Of a DNA stretch of 64,000 nt, positions 55,403 to 64,000 are shown one piece after another. How positions within the stretch are numbered: the stretch's first letter is position 1; each line of letters starts with the position of its first letter. The notes under the pieces are model-generated. The model was not told where the DNA came from, did not search any database, and saw only the letters and a list, made by a program, of their open reading frames with translations. Origin of the DNA: a virus (lineage: Duplodnaviria > Caudoviricetes); the IMG/VR virus record IMGVR_UViG_3300045284_000107, positions 10,101 to 74,100 of that record; one strand, 5' to 3'. Made by a program: the position numbers and the translations under genes.

Positions 55403-57825
55403 CAGGTCGAGGATGCACCAAGTGTCATCCATCTGGGTCCGCGCACAGGTTCACGCTTTTTGGGCTTTTTACGTTTTTTCTTACCATTCAGGAATGAATA
55501 GTAATTGAGGCCGGTCGAGGACGTAATTGTGTCTGCCGTTTTAGTTAGGACGCGCTTGGGGAAAAATTCACTAATGGGTTCATGGGTGTGACCCGAACGG
55601 AGCCACAGTTTAAATTCGTCCATGTCTAGGCTTACGACAGGGCCAAGTCTTTTGTGGCCATGTTCGTCATTGTTTGCCTTCATGTAGTCCTTTAGGGCAT
55701 GTTTTATTTCTTCGTAACCCAGTAATACTTTGTGTTCGTCAAAACCCTTAACTTTGCCATTCTTCGCCTTAATTTTATTCTGGTCCACGACCACAACCAG
55801 TTTACTCTCGGGTTCCTGTCCAATAAAAACGTCGATTTGGTCCCCATCCGCGCCAAGGGTTCCCCTGATATATCCATAATGGGTGGGCATCTTAGTTTGC
55901 CAAACCACCGTCCCATCAGGCCCTTTCTTGCCACGGACCGAACCTTTCGAGTTCTCAATCGAGATGTTTAAACCTTGAAAATAGAAATGTCCCTTTGGGT
56001 AATTGCCCGTCTCAAGTTTTACTTGGGAATGGTCCTGTAGGTTTCCCTGGGCTTCGTTGGCCCTTTCGTGCATTTCATCTTGGGAGATTTTCTTTGCTTC
56101 TGTGCGTTCTCCACTTGGGGCGCCAGAACTTTGAGGTGAGGCGCGGCCGGCTTGGGGTTGGCCCTGTGGTTGTGACGTTGGTTTGTTCGAGGCAGGACCG
56201 CCAGTGTTGGGGCGGGGTTTTGTAGTGGGCGTTGCTGGTTTACCATTGGGCGAGGCTGGACTTTCACCGGGCGCGCCTGGAGCTGCCACTTGGGGCATTG
56301 CAAGTCCAGAAGCGGCGTCTTCCAATGGAATAATGGCATTTCCGATATAAATTAAATGGGTATCACCACCGGGGATTGGTTCTAGCCCAATCTCATCGCG
56401 GGCTTCGTTTATTGACATTTCGCCGTTTTTAATTTTCATATCATGGATTTTGGCCTGCTTTTCACTGTCCGGTTCGGGTTTCGGTAGGAAGGTAAATTCA
56501 ATGTCGTCATAGCCGAACCGTTCCTGGATAATGTTATCCATAACGTCCGACTTCCAGAACGACATAAGGGGATATAGGCCTTCCTCCTCGGCCATTTGCT
56601 GGGCATTTTGTGCAACAGATCTATTAAGCATTTTAATGAAAGGAGAAGGACTAACACTATAAGCATAACAAGCAAGCCTAATGAGTGTTTCATCACGTTG
56701 AGACCAAAGGCTTTCACCTGATGAATTTTTGACATCGAATGGTTTCATCCCGCCGGGTAAAAACCGGACTTTGGATTTGAGTTTGAGATTGCCACTTAGC
56801 ATCGCGTCCATATGCGCTTGGTACATGGCAATTTGGCGCGGCGACCAAGTGTCGGGCACTGTAACTATAAGGTCGGGGATTGTTCCTTCGGCCCAGAAAT
56901 CCAACTGGTAAAAAGTTTTCCGAACTGCTTCGCTGGCTTCTACGAGGATTTGTTCTGTGGGGGGATAACCAAAAATCGGAAGATCAGGACGAGGTCTCAT
57001 GGGCAAATACATGAGTTCGCTTTCGTCCAGATCTACCATTGGTAGACCTTTTATTATTTGCTGGAAGGCAGGCTGCCGTCTCAGATATGTCATACCGTCA
57101 TCTGATAGTTCCACTACACTATCAGGTCTGCGTCCCGCGTCGTCAATTAGGGGGAAAATAGTTGCGCCGTCTAGGACTTCTGCCTGTAGGGGACGCCCCG
57201 CACGGTCGCGAGAAAAGTAAATGCACGGGGCATCCAAGATCAGCAAGTCGTCGGTGAATTTGCGGCACCACTGTGAGTATTTGAGTTTTCCATCCGGGCG
57301 GCGGAAGAACTCCTTCATTTCTTTTACGGCCGGGGTCTGTAGTCCGGGTTTATCTATTCGTTGAATGGTCCAGGGAATACGCAAGAGTTGGTCTTGGCGC
57401 GTGGCGATGATGGTGGCCAAAACGCCCCAAGTTCTAGCCATGCCCCTCAACATAGCCATCAACTGCATCCGTTGTGGAATATAATTAAGGTTATATCCCA
57501 CAGGGAAATCCCATTCCCTGGGTCTGTTAATGTGCGGGGGGCCAAACGGATGTACGGGTTCAAATGGTGAGAACCAGTTCTCCGCCATATCTACATCTGA
57601 GATGTATGGCGGGGGTTGGGTGCGCGCTTCGGAATTATATTTGGACTCAGGACTTCCAACTGGGGCGGGCAGTCCTGGAGCGTAACCGGGCGGGTTTGTG
57701 AAAAATCCGCGCTGATTGGGACTTACGGGCGTGGATACTCCACCTCTCGCGGGCGCCTTTTGTAGGCCCGCTCCGCGGGCCATTCTTTGTTCTTGTGCCC
57801 ATTCCTCATAAGTCATAAATTGCAA
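55402..57825 (-). CDS. Portal protein fused to an inorganic-pyrophosphatase-like domain
   Basis: Portal core (FYSRD-type CIYFSRD, EVLDGATI, EGTIP, MSINEARDEIGLEP), Pro-rich linker, then ISIEN.KGS.R...HYGYIRGT.GADGD.IDVF...DEHK. Confidence 0.85.
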   Translation of the reverse strand: MQFMTYEEWAQEQRMARGAGLQKAPARGGVSTPVSPNQRGFFTNPPGYAPGLPAPVGSPESKYNSEARTQPPPYISDVDMAENWFSPFEPVHPFGPPHINRPREWDFPVGYNLNYIPQRMQLMAMLRGMARTWGVLATIIATRQDQLLRIPWTIQRIDKPGLQTPAVKEMKEFFRRPDGKLKYSQWCRKFTDDLLILDAPCIYFSRDRAGRPLQAEVLDGATIFPLIDDAGRRPDSVVELSDDGMTYLRRQPAFQQIIKGLPMVDLDESELMYLPMRPRPDLPIFGYPPTEQILVEASEAVRKTFYQLDFWAEGTIPDLIVTVPDTWSPRQIAMYQAHMDAMLSGNLKLKSKVRFLPGGMKPFDVKNSSGESLWSQRDETLIRLACYAYSVSPSPFIKMLNRSVAQNAQQMAEEEGLYPLMSFWKSDVMDNIIQERFGYDDIEFTFLPKPEPDSEKQAKIHDMKIKNGEMSINEARDEIGLEPIPGGDTHLIYIGNAIIPLEDAASGLAMPQVAAPGAPGESPASPNGKPATPTTKPRPNTGGPASNKPTSQPQGQPQAGRASPQSSGAPSGERTEAKKISQDEMHERANEAQGNLQDHSQVKLETGNYPKGHFYFQGLNISIENSKGSVRGKKGPDGTVVWQTKMPTHYGYIRGTLGADGDQIDVFIGQEPESKLVVVVDQNKIKAKNGKVKGFDEHKVLLGYEEIKHALKDYMKANNDEHGHKRLGPVVSLDMDEFKLWLRSGHTHEPISEFFPKRVLTKTADTITSSTGLNYYSFLNGKKKRKKPKKREPVRGPRWMTLGASST

Positions 57826-57964
57826 AACCTCTCGTTACATTGTGACATTGGTGTAATTTCACCATTTTTAAAGTAACACCGGCCACACAACAATAATTCA
57901 CCTACAATAAAGGGTTGTGGATGTTCACATTCGTTAGGGCAATGGTAATGATCTCGCTCATTAT

Positions 57965-58252
57965 TCATGATTGTAGGACTTGCCCACCAGGGTTGTTGGG
58001 GTCGATGACCATTTCGGCCACTTTTTTAGTGTTTTCCAAGGCCTTATTGTGCCGTATCTCAAAGAGTTTTTTCAGTTTCTTTTCAATCTTTGGTGGCAGG
58101 TTTAGGATTTGGCATTCCGAAAGGGGAACAGCCTTTAGGGTGTACTGACCTTCTTTGTCCATCCAGGGGACTATGGCTTGGGGGCCGTTTTTGCCAGGGC
58201 CGTAACCTACGATTGCGGTTTCTACGTCGCCGACTTTGCATAAGATCATCAT
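57965..58252 (-). CDS. Hypothetical protein
   Basis: 95-aa ORF in operon. Confidence 0.55.
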   Translation of the reverse strand: MMILCKVGDVETAIVGYGPGKNGPQAIVPWMDKEGQYTLKAVPLSECQILNLPPKIEKKLKKLFEIRHNKALENTKKVAEMVIDPNNPGGQVLQS

Positions 58253-58258
58253 TGCCTT

Positions 58259-58411
58259 TTAGATCCTACCATGTCCAAACAGTAAATAAATAATTAATAT
58301 TAGGAGTAACAGGCCGCCAATGCCAAATCCACCCCCGTAACCCCAACGTGAGTATCCAAATCCACCCCCGAATAAAAGAACAATTACCAGAATGATAAGT
58401 ATCAGATCCAT
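58259..58411 (-). CDS. DUF3309-like small membrane protein (50 aa, not in ORF track)
   Basis: MDLILIILVIVLLFGGGFGYSRWGYGGGFGIGGLLLLILIIYLLFGHGRI. Confidence 0.7.
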   Translation of the reverse strand: MDLILIILVIVLLFGGGFGYSRWGYGGGFGIGGLLLLILIIYLLFGHGRI

Positions 58412-58573
58412 TTATGATCGTAGCCCCGGCATGAAGATAAAAATGCCCAGTAAAAGGACCGCAATGAAGGCGAGCCAGTTACCGGCCCATTGGAATTGTG
58501 TGATCTGTGGGACCGGCAACGAGGCCAAGAACCACAAAAACATACAAACCACAAACAGGATTTCTACGATCAT
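58412..58573 (-). CDS. Two-TMD small membrane protein (53 aa, not in ORF track)
   Basis: MIVEILFVVCMFLWFLASLP...WLAFIAVLLLGIFIFMPGLRS; abuts its neighbours. Confidence 0.6.
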   Translation of the reverse strand: MIVEILFVVCMFLWFLASLPVPQITQFQWAGNWLAFIAVLLLGIFIFMPGLRS

Positions 58574-58576
58574 TGT

Positions 58577-60139
58577 TTATGTTTCCTCGACGCTCAGTGC
58601 TGACGCAGCTTCGCGCATCGTGAGACTTGTGGTTTCGAATTTGGGGGCGCGAGGATTTTTAATGATGGTCTGGGGCCGCTTGACCCTATTCACGCCATTA
58701 GAATAGCACTGAATGTGCCATATCTCAAACCCATCCGATACTTTATTGAGATCGTTTATGGGAGTGTGACATCCGGCGCAGTAGTTCTCCACACGGCCAT
58801 ATCCGGCAAGTGTAGAGGTGTATAGGTCGGTTAGTTCGTTGTCGAAAATGTCTAAATCTTCAAGTTTTGTTTCGGGTTCGGGGGCCAGGAGTTGCATATC
58901 CTGGCGCGGGTCTTGCCGTTGGCGCTTTGCCTCATCTGAATAGTATTTTATAAGGGATGCGGCGGGGGAACTGACACTTAGTTGTTCCCTAGCAAGTGCC
59001 AATGCACACACGCAATCATCATAATAGCCCTCGGGTGCAGAATATCTGACTCCGTTGGGCATAGTTACATATTCGTAACTATCAAGTTCGGCGCGTATGG
59101 GTCCGTCAGGGAAGGAGATTTCTCGTCCTTGGATACTTACGGCTAGGCCTTCCATAAGTTTTTGTTTGCCCACGGATGAAAAATGATACCCTTTAAAGTT
59201 TCCATGTTCGTGTTGCAGTTCTTCAAGTACGGGGTCGCCCACTCCGGTACTGTCCACCAATGCAGGCGTGTCTTCGCCCACGATCCTATGTATGCGTTTG
59301 ATACTATCACGCCAGGGTACATCCCGCCAGCGGTGGAACTGGGAGACAGAACCATCAATATCAAGACCAATACAAACGAGATAATCTTGAGACTTGGCGA
59401 GGTCGATACCCCACGCCGAGACTGGGCGTCCTGATAGGGGGCCGATACAGGCCTCAATGTGTAAGAGGCCAAACGGATTTCCCGCGTCGTCGGAGGCCTC
59501 CGCCATATATAGTTCTCGGAAGACCATCTCAGGTAAGGTTCGTTTTGCATCCTCGATCTCAGCCGGGTCCAGTACACCGGCGGCAATTGCATCATCTGCC
59601 GTAATGCGGGCGTAGTGCCAATCTGGTAAGTCGCCCTTTTCGGCGCGTCTTGCTAAGTCCCAGAAGAAATTTTTGCGCCCCTTTACGTTGCCAATTAAAC
59701 GGCAGGCTCCGCGGGTGGCGGTAAGTGTAGATCTAAGAGCGTGCCAGGACTCTGCCTTGTTGCGACTTGCCTCGTCCATAACGGCATCGTAAACATCTTC
59801 GCCGTAGAGTGAGTCGGGGTTATCGGCCGATTTGATCCAGATAACGCCGCCGGTAAAGAGTTCAATTCGCGGCTGGGGTGAGGCATATGCGGTAAATGAG
59901 CCTGGGGTCAAAGATTGTTTAATACGCCGGTAGGCGATATCTGCTTGGGGATATACGGGCGCGATCCACCAGGCATTTTGGCCGGTCTTGTACTTGAAAG
60001 CCTTTTCTATGATCCACGCTATTGAGCCGACAGTTTTACCGCTCTTAGTTGAGGCTTCTATGGCGGAAAATCTTTCGGGACAAAAAATGGCTTGTTCTTG
60101 TTTAGGATATAAAAATGGTCGGGTATAGCCTATTGCCAC
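58577..60139 (-). CDS. Terminase large subunit
   Basis: ASTKSGKT (Walker A), VMDEA (Walker B), GIDLAKSQDY, DDCVCALALA. Confidence 0.92.
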   Translation of the reverse strand: MAIGYTRPFLYPKQEQAIFCPERFSAIEASTKSGKTVGSIAWIIEKAFKYKTGQNAWWIAPVYPQADIAYRRIKQSLTPGSFTAYASPQPRIELFTGGVIWIKSADNPDSLYGEDVYDAVMDEASRNKAESWHALRSTLTATRGACRLIGNVKGRKNFFWDLARRAEKGDLPDWHYARITADDAIAAGVLDPAEIEDAKRTLPEMVFRELYMAEASDDAGNPFGLLHIEACIGPLSGRPVSAWGIDLAKSQDYLVCIGLDIDGSVSQFHRWRDVPWRDSIKRIHRIVGEDTPALVDSTGVGDPVLEELQHEHGNFKGYHFSSVGKQKLMEGLAVSIQGREISFPDGPIRAELDSYEYVTMPNGVRYSAPEGYYDDCVCALALAREQLSVSSPAASLIKYYSDEAKRQRQDPRQDMQLLAPEPETKLEDLDIFDNELTDLYTSTLAGYGRVENYCAGCHTPINDLNKVSDGFEIWHIQCYSNGVNRVKRPQTIIKNPRAPKFETTSLTMREAASALSVEET

Positions 60140-60178
60140 TTAGAGTTTCCTAAGTCCGAAGTGTTGGGCGGGGTTCCG

Positions 60179-60247
60179 AATTGTCGCACGTCAGGGATTT
60201 AACGCTTGGCATATTCCGAACTGGGCGTGTAGCACGTCAGGGAATTT
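60179..60247 (-). promoter_or_regulatory. Candidate late-promoter motif, copies 1 and 1b
   Basis: AATTGTCGCACGTCAGGGAT (60179-60198) and GTAGCACGTCAGGGAATTT (60229-60247) upstream of terL. Confidence 0.5.
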
Positions 60248-60269
60248 AATTTGAGGGTTCTGGGCACGC

Positions 60270-60307
60270 AAAAAAGCCCGGAGAAGCAGGGGGTGCTAAC
60301 TCCGGGC
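60270..60307 (-). terminator. Rho-independent terminator
   Basis: GCCCGGAG...CTCCGGGC followed by TTTTTT on the - strand. Confidence 0.75.
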
Positions 60308-60443
60308 CTAGTTTGCTACAGACACAAGATAGAGGCTGAAAACTCGAAAACGTGTACTACGCGCGTAGAATACACGGAGAACCGGCCCCGACCTTGCATT
60401 AAAGATAGTGTGGGCCACCTGGAAGGTCAAGTAATTATTTGTT

Positions 60444-60956
60444 TTAGCATGGGAGATATTGGTTTACGCCGATGATGGCGCGAAAGCGGCCTACCCTCTC
60501 GTCCTCTACCCTAATGGCGATAAATTCTAGGCCCTTGCGATGTAGGGTTTTGATAGTCCTAGGATCACTTCTTAACAGGACGGAGATTTTGGACCAGGGA
60601 AATAAGTAGCGGCCATTTATGGGAGAAATTAACGCACGGGCGTTTAGTATTCTTCGCTGTTTCTCTATTGGGACCATCAATACCAGTTGTAGAATTTCAT
60701 CTACAAGGGGGATTTCGTCTTTGCTTGGCGCGGGTGGGCGCAACTTTGTGTTGCTGTACCCGTAGGCGGTATGTTTATCATCGGGATAATCTGGCCAGAA
60801 GGATCTGAAGTTTTGGGGGTATAGGTTTCGGGCGGGTAGGGCTAAAATTCTTTGGCCTGCCCATTCTAAAAAGTGTTTAATCTCTTGGGGTGTGGTGTGG
60901 TTGTGGGCCGCTAATACCACTTTGGACCCCCCTGGCCGCGATAGGACCGCGGCCAA
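60444..60956 (-). CDS. DUF6362-like putative late transcription regulator
   Basis: LP...P...S.WP...D...AYGY....RPPAPS...I...DE; C-terminal HTH (WSKI.......T...H.KGL..IA). Confidence 0.65.
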   Translation of the reverse strand: MAAVLSRPGGSKVVLAAHNHTTPQEIKHFLEWAGQRILALPARNLYPQNFRSFWPDYPDDKHTAYGYSNTKLRPPAPSKDEIPLVDEILQLVLMVPIEKQRRILNARALISPINGRYLFPWSKISVLLRSDPRTIKTLHRKGLEFIAIRVEDERVGRFRAIIGVNQYLPC

Positions 60957-61341
60957 TCCATTGGTAAATTGGAAGGGGCGATTTTAGCGCGTCATACAGG
61001 TCGAGGCAAGTGGTTAAACCTGAGTTAATTAACAAAGCATTTTTTATTATGACCAATGGGGCGGCTTTGCACTTTAAGGCTTTTTCAATCACAGGGCAAT
61101 AGACATTGAGAAGTTTTTCAAGGGCTTCGGGCGTGTAAGTGAGTTTGATTTCCGCGACGATTATTTCTTCATTGATGTGGATCAATGCGTCGGGTATGCA
61201 CCACGAACATACCCGATCTAGGGTTTCGTACTCAAACCAGGGGTTGTGCTCAATAATTAGGCCGTGGGCCTTTAGGGCCTTTATGACGTTTTTTTCATAT
61301 CGTATTCCCTGTTTTTGGGCGAGGGTTTGAGGCTTGGGCAT
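60877..61341 (-). CDS. PD-(D/E)XK nuclease-fold protein
   Basis: G..YE..V, CIPDALI, IVAEIKLT. Confidence 0.6.
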   Translation of the reverse strand: MPKPQTLAQKQGIRYEKNVIKALKAHGLIIEHNPWFEYETLDRVCSWCIPDALIHINEEIIVAEIKLTYTPEALEKLLNVYCPVIEKALKCKAAPLVIIKNALLINSGLTTCLDLYDALKSPLPIYQWIGRGPIAARGVQSGISGPQPHHTPRD

Positions 61342-61540
61342 TGGCCGCTTTAAGATTTGCGCGGCGCTGTAAATACTTTTCGCGAGAGTATTCCCCCCGC
61401 CTATCGCGGGGTTTTTGGCCGTTAATCCTTTTATATTCCCTATAATATGCATTATAGGCCTCTATAACGTCAGGGGAACGGTCGCCTAGTCTGTAGCGGG
61501 TGAGGAATGATTTTGGTTTACGAACCATTTTCTTCCTCAC
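61295..61540 (-). CDS. Small basic hypothetical protein
   Basis: Arg/Lys-rich 81-aa ORF between terS and the nuclease. Confidence 0.35.
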   Translation of the reverse strand: MRKKMVRKPKSFLTRYRLGDRSPDVIEAYNAYYREYKRINGQKPRDRRGEYSREKYLQRRANLKAANAQASNPRPKTGNTI

Positions 61541-62105
61541 CCTCTTGGTTTATGGTTTTGGGAGGTTTCAAGGTCGTGCCAAAATTCAGGGTAATGTTTT
61601 GGGGGATGTTGGAGTTTGGACTTGTGACTTTTGGCGGCGCCACTGTTCTGTCGGCGGCCATAGTTGCAAGTTGGCGAAGTTCAGACGTGGATATTCTTAT
61701 GTCGTCTTGTATCCCTTCTAGGCGGTCGCCAATTAGGTCTAGGGAAGTTTCTCCCACGGCGCGCATACGACCTTGAAATCTCTGCTCGTCGTCGATACTT
61801 TCTTCGTGGATCTGATCTTCATAGATAGCCATCAGTTCTTTGAAGGCGGGATCACGCTGGAGTTGATAAATTCTTTGGGGGGTGGTTCCTAGGGCTTCGG
61901 CCACAATTTGGGGGCTAAGTCCTCGGGCAAGCATTTGGGCTTGGCGTTTGTGTCGTGCAGATAGGAATTTTAATGGCGGCGGACCATTGCCCGGCAAAGT
62001 TTGCAGGGTTAGAAGGTCTTGCTCGGTAAGTTCTCTTTCGATCTCTAGGGAAAGGGTTCTTAATGCGCCGCGCTTAGGTACTAATTGGTTGGATTGGGGG
62101 GTCAT
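61518..62105 (-). CDS. Probable terminase small subunit
   Basis: HTH ARGLSPQIVAEALGTTPQRIYQL..DPAF, helical body, C-terminal ITLNF; GAGG RBS. Confidence 0.65.
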   Translation of the reverse strand: MTPQSNQLVPKRGALRTLSLEIERELTEQDLLTLQTLPGNGPPPLKFLSARHKRQAQMLARGLSPQIVAEALGTTPQRIYQLQRDPAFKELMAIYEDQIHEESIDDEQRFQGRMRAVGETSLDLIGDRLEGIQDDIRISTSELRQLATMAADRTVAPPKVTSPNSNIPQNITLNFGTTLKPPKTINQEGEEENGS

Positions 62106-62344
62106 GGCCGTTTCCTCGCGCTGTCATGGTATATTAACACATCTTAGCAGGGTTTAGTTGCTTATTTGTGTCTGCGCGGGTGTTTTTGTTGTTATTTGTC
62201 GCCGCCGGAGGCGGCTCATGCGGCCCACCTTAAATGTTGTGATTTTTCTCTGAGGTGTGGGAAGGGGGCTGTATACTTGCAACCCCTGATTGAGGCTCCA
62301 AGCCGGGGGGCCACAACCAGAGGTTGCAAGTTTGTAGTTTGTAG

Positions 62345-62533
62345 TTAGTAGTTGTACCCGCGGAGTTTCAACTTAGCACGCTGGGCAATGCGCGAGCGAG
62401 CACCATATTGTTGTTTGCAGTACTTGTAGTATGCGCGCTGCGGGTTAGGCTTGCGATGTACTAAAAGCACAATCGAAAGCGGAAGGGAAACAAGCGGTAA
62501 TACGATCAAGAGTACAAGTACAAATTCATTCAT
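62345..62533 (-). CDS. Small membrane protein
   Basis: N-terminal hydrophobic helix, basic tail. Confidence 0.5.
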   Translation of the reverse strand: MNEFVLVLLIVLPLVSLPLSIVLLVHRKPNPQRAYYKYCKQQYGARSRIAQRAKLKLRGYNY

Positions 62534-62802
62534 TTGTTTGTACCCCGCAACCGCTCTAGTACATTGCGCGCGTGCACTACATGGTAACTATCGTCTGATC
62601 TACCCTGGCGCTTGTACAAATCAAGCCATTGTAGTTGTGCTTTGATTTGTAGATCGCGGACTTGTTCGATTGGAGTTGTGTGTTGCCAGTCCCGTACATA
62701 ACCACTAATGCAATTGCACGAATAGTAGTTTGTACTTGCGGGTTCGCCTATCGTATGTAATAGGCCCGTGCACTTATGGCACAAGTAAACGCTCGTAAGC
62801 AT
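62530..62802 (-). CDS. Hypothetical Cys-containing protein
   Basis: CHKC...CNC; ATGA overlap. Confidence 0.5.
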   Translation of the reverse strand: MLTSVYLCHKCTGLLHTIGEPASTNYYSCNCISGYVRDWQHTTPIEQVRDLQIKAQLQWLDLYKRQGRSDDSYHVVHARNVLERLRGTNK

Positions 62803-62831
62803 GTGTTTGTAGCTTTCGTTTTGTAGTTGTT

Positions 62832-62868
62832 AAAAACAAGTAAGGCCGGGGTAGTTGTTACCCCGGCC
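62832..62868 (-). terminator. Rho-independent terminator
   Basis: GGCCGGGGTA-loop-TACCCCGGCC followed by TTACTTGTTTTT. Confidence 0.7.
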
Positions 62869-62894
62869 CGACTTGTAGTTAGTAGATGGCGCGA

Positions 62895-63476
62895 TTACTC
62901 TTCAGAGAAAAACGCGCCCATCTCCACCTTGGCAGTCTCCGTCGCCTTACCCTTTACCGCCTTGCGAGCTGCGATCAGAGCTGCAATCTCTGTCGCGATA
63001 GCATCCGCGACAGTCTGATCGACACCAGCGAGTTTCGTCGCAGGCTTGGCGGCCAGGAACTTAGCAACGTAAGTCTCGCGATCTACCCTGCGGCCAGTGT
63101 TGCCACCCTGGCGCTCAATCATGCGGATGACGATGTTGTCAACCGCGTCTTCCAGTAAAGAATACTGGGCAGGAATGTCGCGGATTGTGACGGCCGCAGC
63201 AGCGTCTACGCTGTCGTAATCGTCATTACCGAGACTGGCGCGGATAACCTGAGCCGAAAGGAACGCGGCCTGACCGGCGGTCATGGTGTCGCCTTCCTTA
63301 TAGGCGCGATCAAACGGCACGTTTGAAAACGTGCGATGACCAATCGCAACCGCATTGTGCGCCGCAGCGAACATGCCCGCGATGTCTGCGCCCTCAGTTG
63401 CGGCACTGTAAACCTGCGCCACATTGCGAAGCGTCACAGTCTCAACCGCACCATTACCGTTTTTACCCTTAGCCAT
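62895..63476 (-). CDS. Ala-rich hypothetical protein, first gene of the leftward block
   Basis: AAGGA RBS, own terminator, mostly C/G-ending codons. Confidence 0.7.
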   Translation of the reverse strand: MAKGKNGNGAVETVTLRNVAQVYSAATEGADIAGMFAAAHNAVAIGHRTFSNVPFDRAYKEGDTMTAGQAAFLSAQVIRASLGNDDYDSVDAAAAVTIRDIPAQYSLLEDAVDNIVIRMIERQGGNTGRRVDRETYVAKFLAAKPATKLAGVDQTVADAIATEIAALIAARKAVKGKATETAKVEMGAFFSEE

Positions 63477-63485
63477 AAGTACCAA

Positions 63486-64000
<515 letters not shown>

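Larger units (their letters stand above)
62334..62880. repeat. Cluster of eight GTAGTT (AACTAC on the - strand) hexamers
   Basis: Copies at 62334, 62341, 62348, 62631, 62725, 62823, 62851, 62875. Confidence 0.6.

Noticed and set aside
17512-60475. Many long + strand ORFs opposite the structural genes (e.g. 28668-29222, 31386-32243, 36701-37621, 54314-55051)
   Set aside because: Antisense shadows of well-supported - strand genes, with no motifs

Overview
The window is most of the genome of a tailed dsDNA phage (siphovirus-like), probably infecting an alphaproteobacterium. That host call is inferred from the GTA-type tail tip, DUF6362- and DUF3309-like genes, PEP-CTERM proteins and a B12-dependent RNR. 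Bases 1-16.9 kb (+ strand) are early, recombination and replication genes: Cas4-like nuclease, Sak4-like ATPase, DUF669 SSB, a family A polymerase split into UDG-exonuclease and polymerase genes, dCTP deaminase, DUF3987 helicase, dNMP kinase and class II RNR. Bases 17.0-63.5 kb (- strand) run terminase, portal, glycosyl/methyl-transferases, LamG and collagen fibres, lysis pair, protease, capsid, neck, tail, a 2383-aa tape measure, tail tip and fibres. No integrase, repressor, primase, tRNA or CRISPR array was recognised, and the genome is probably incomplete here. The strongest leads are: (1) two tandem PEP-CTERM exported proteins inside the virion operon, alongside a TPR-GT9 glycosyltransferase and two methyltransferases, suggesting a surface or virion glycosylation system; (2) a tail-tip hub gene duplicated and split at one junction, each copy ending in a different LamG domain; (3) a Tae2/Dae2-type amidase coupled to a T4-T-like holin as the lysis pair; (4) a portal fused to a pyrophosphatase-like domain; (5) a free-standing CysRS DALR-like domain; (6) an HNH insertion that left a duplicate of its target gene's first nine codons. 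All family assignments come from reading motifs by eye; no database search was run.
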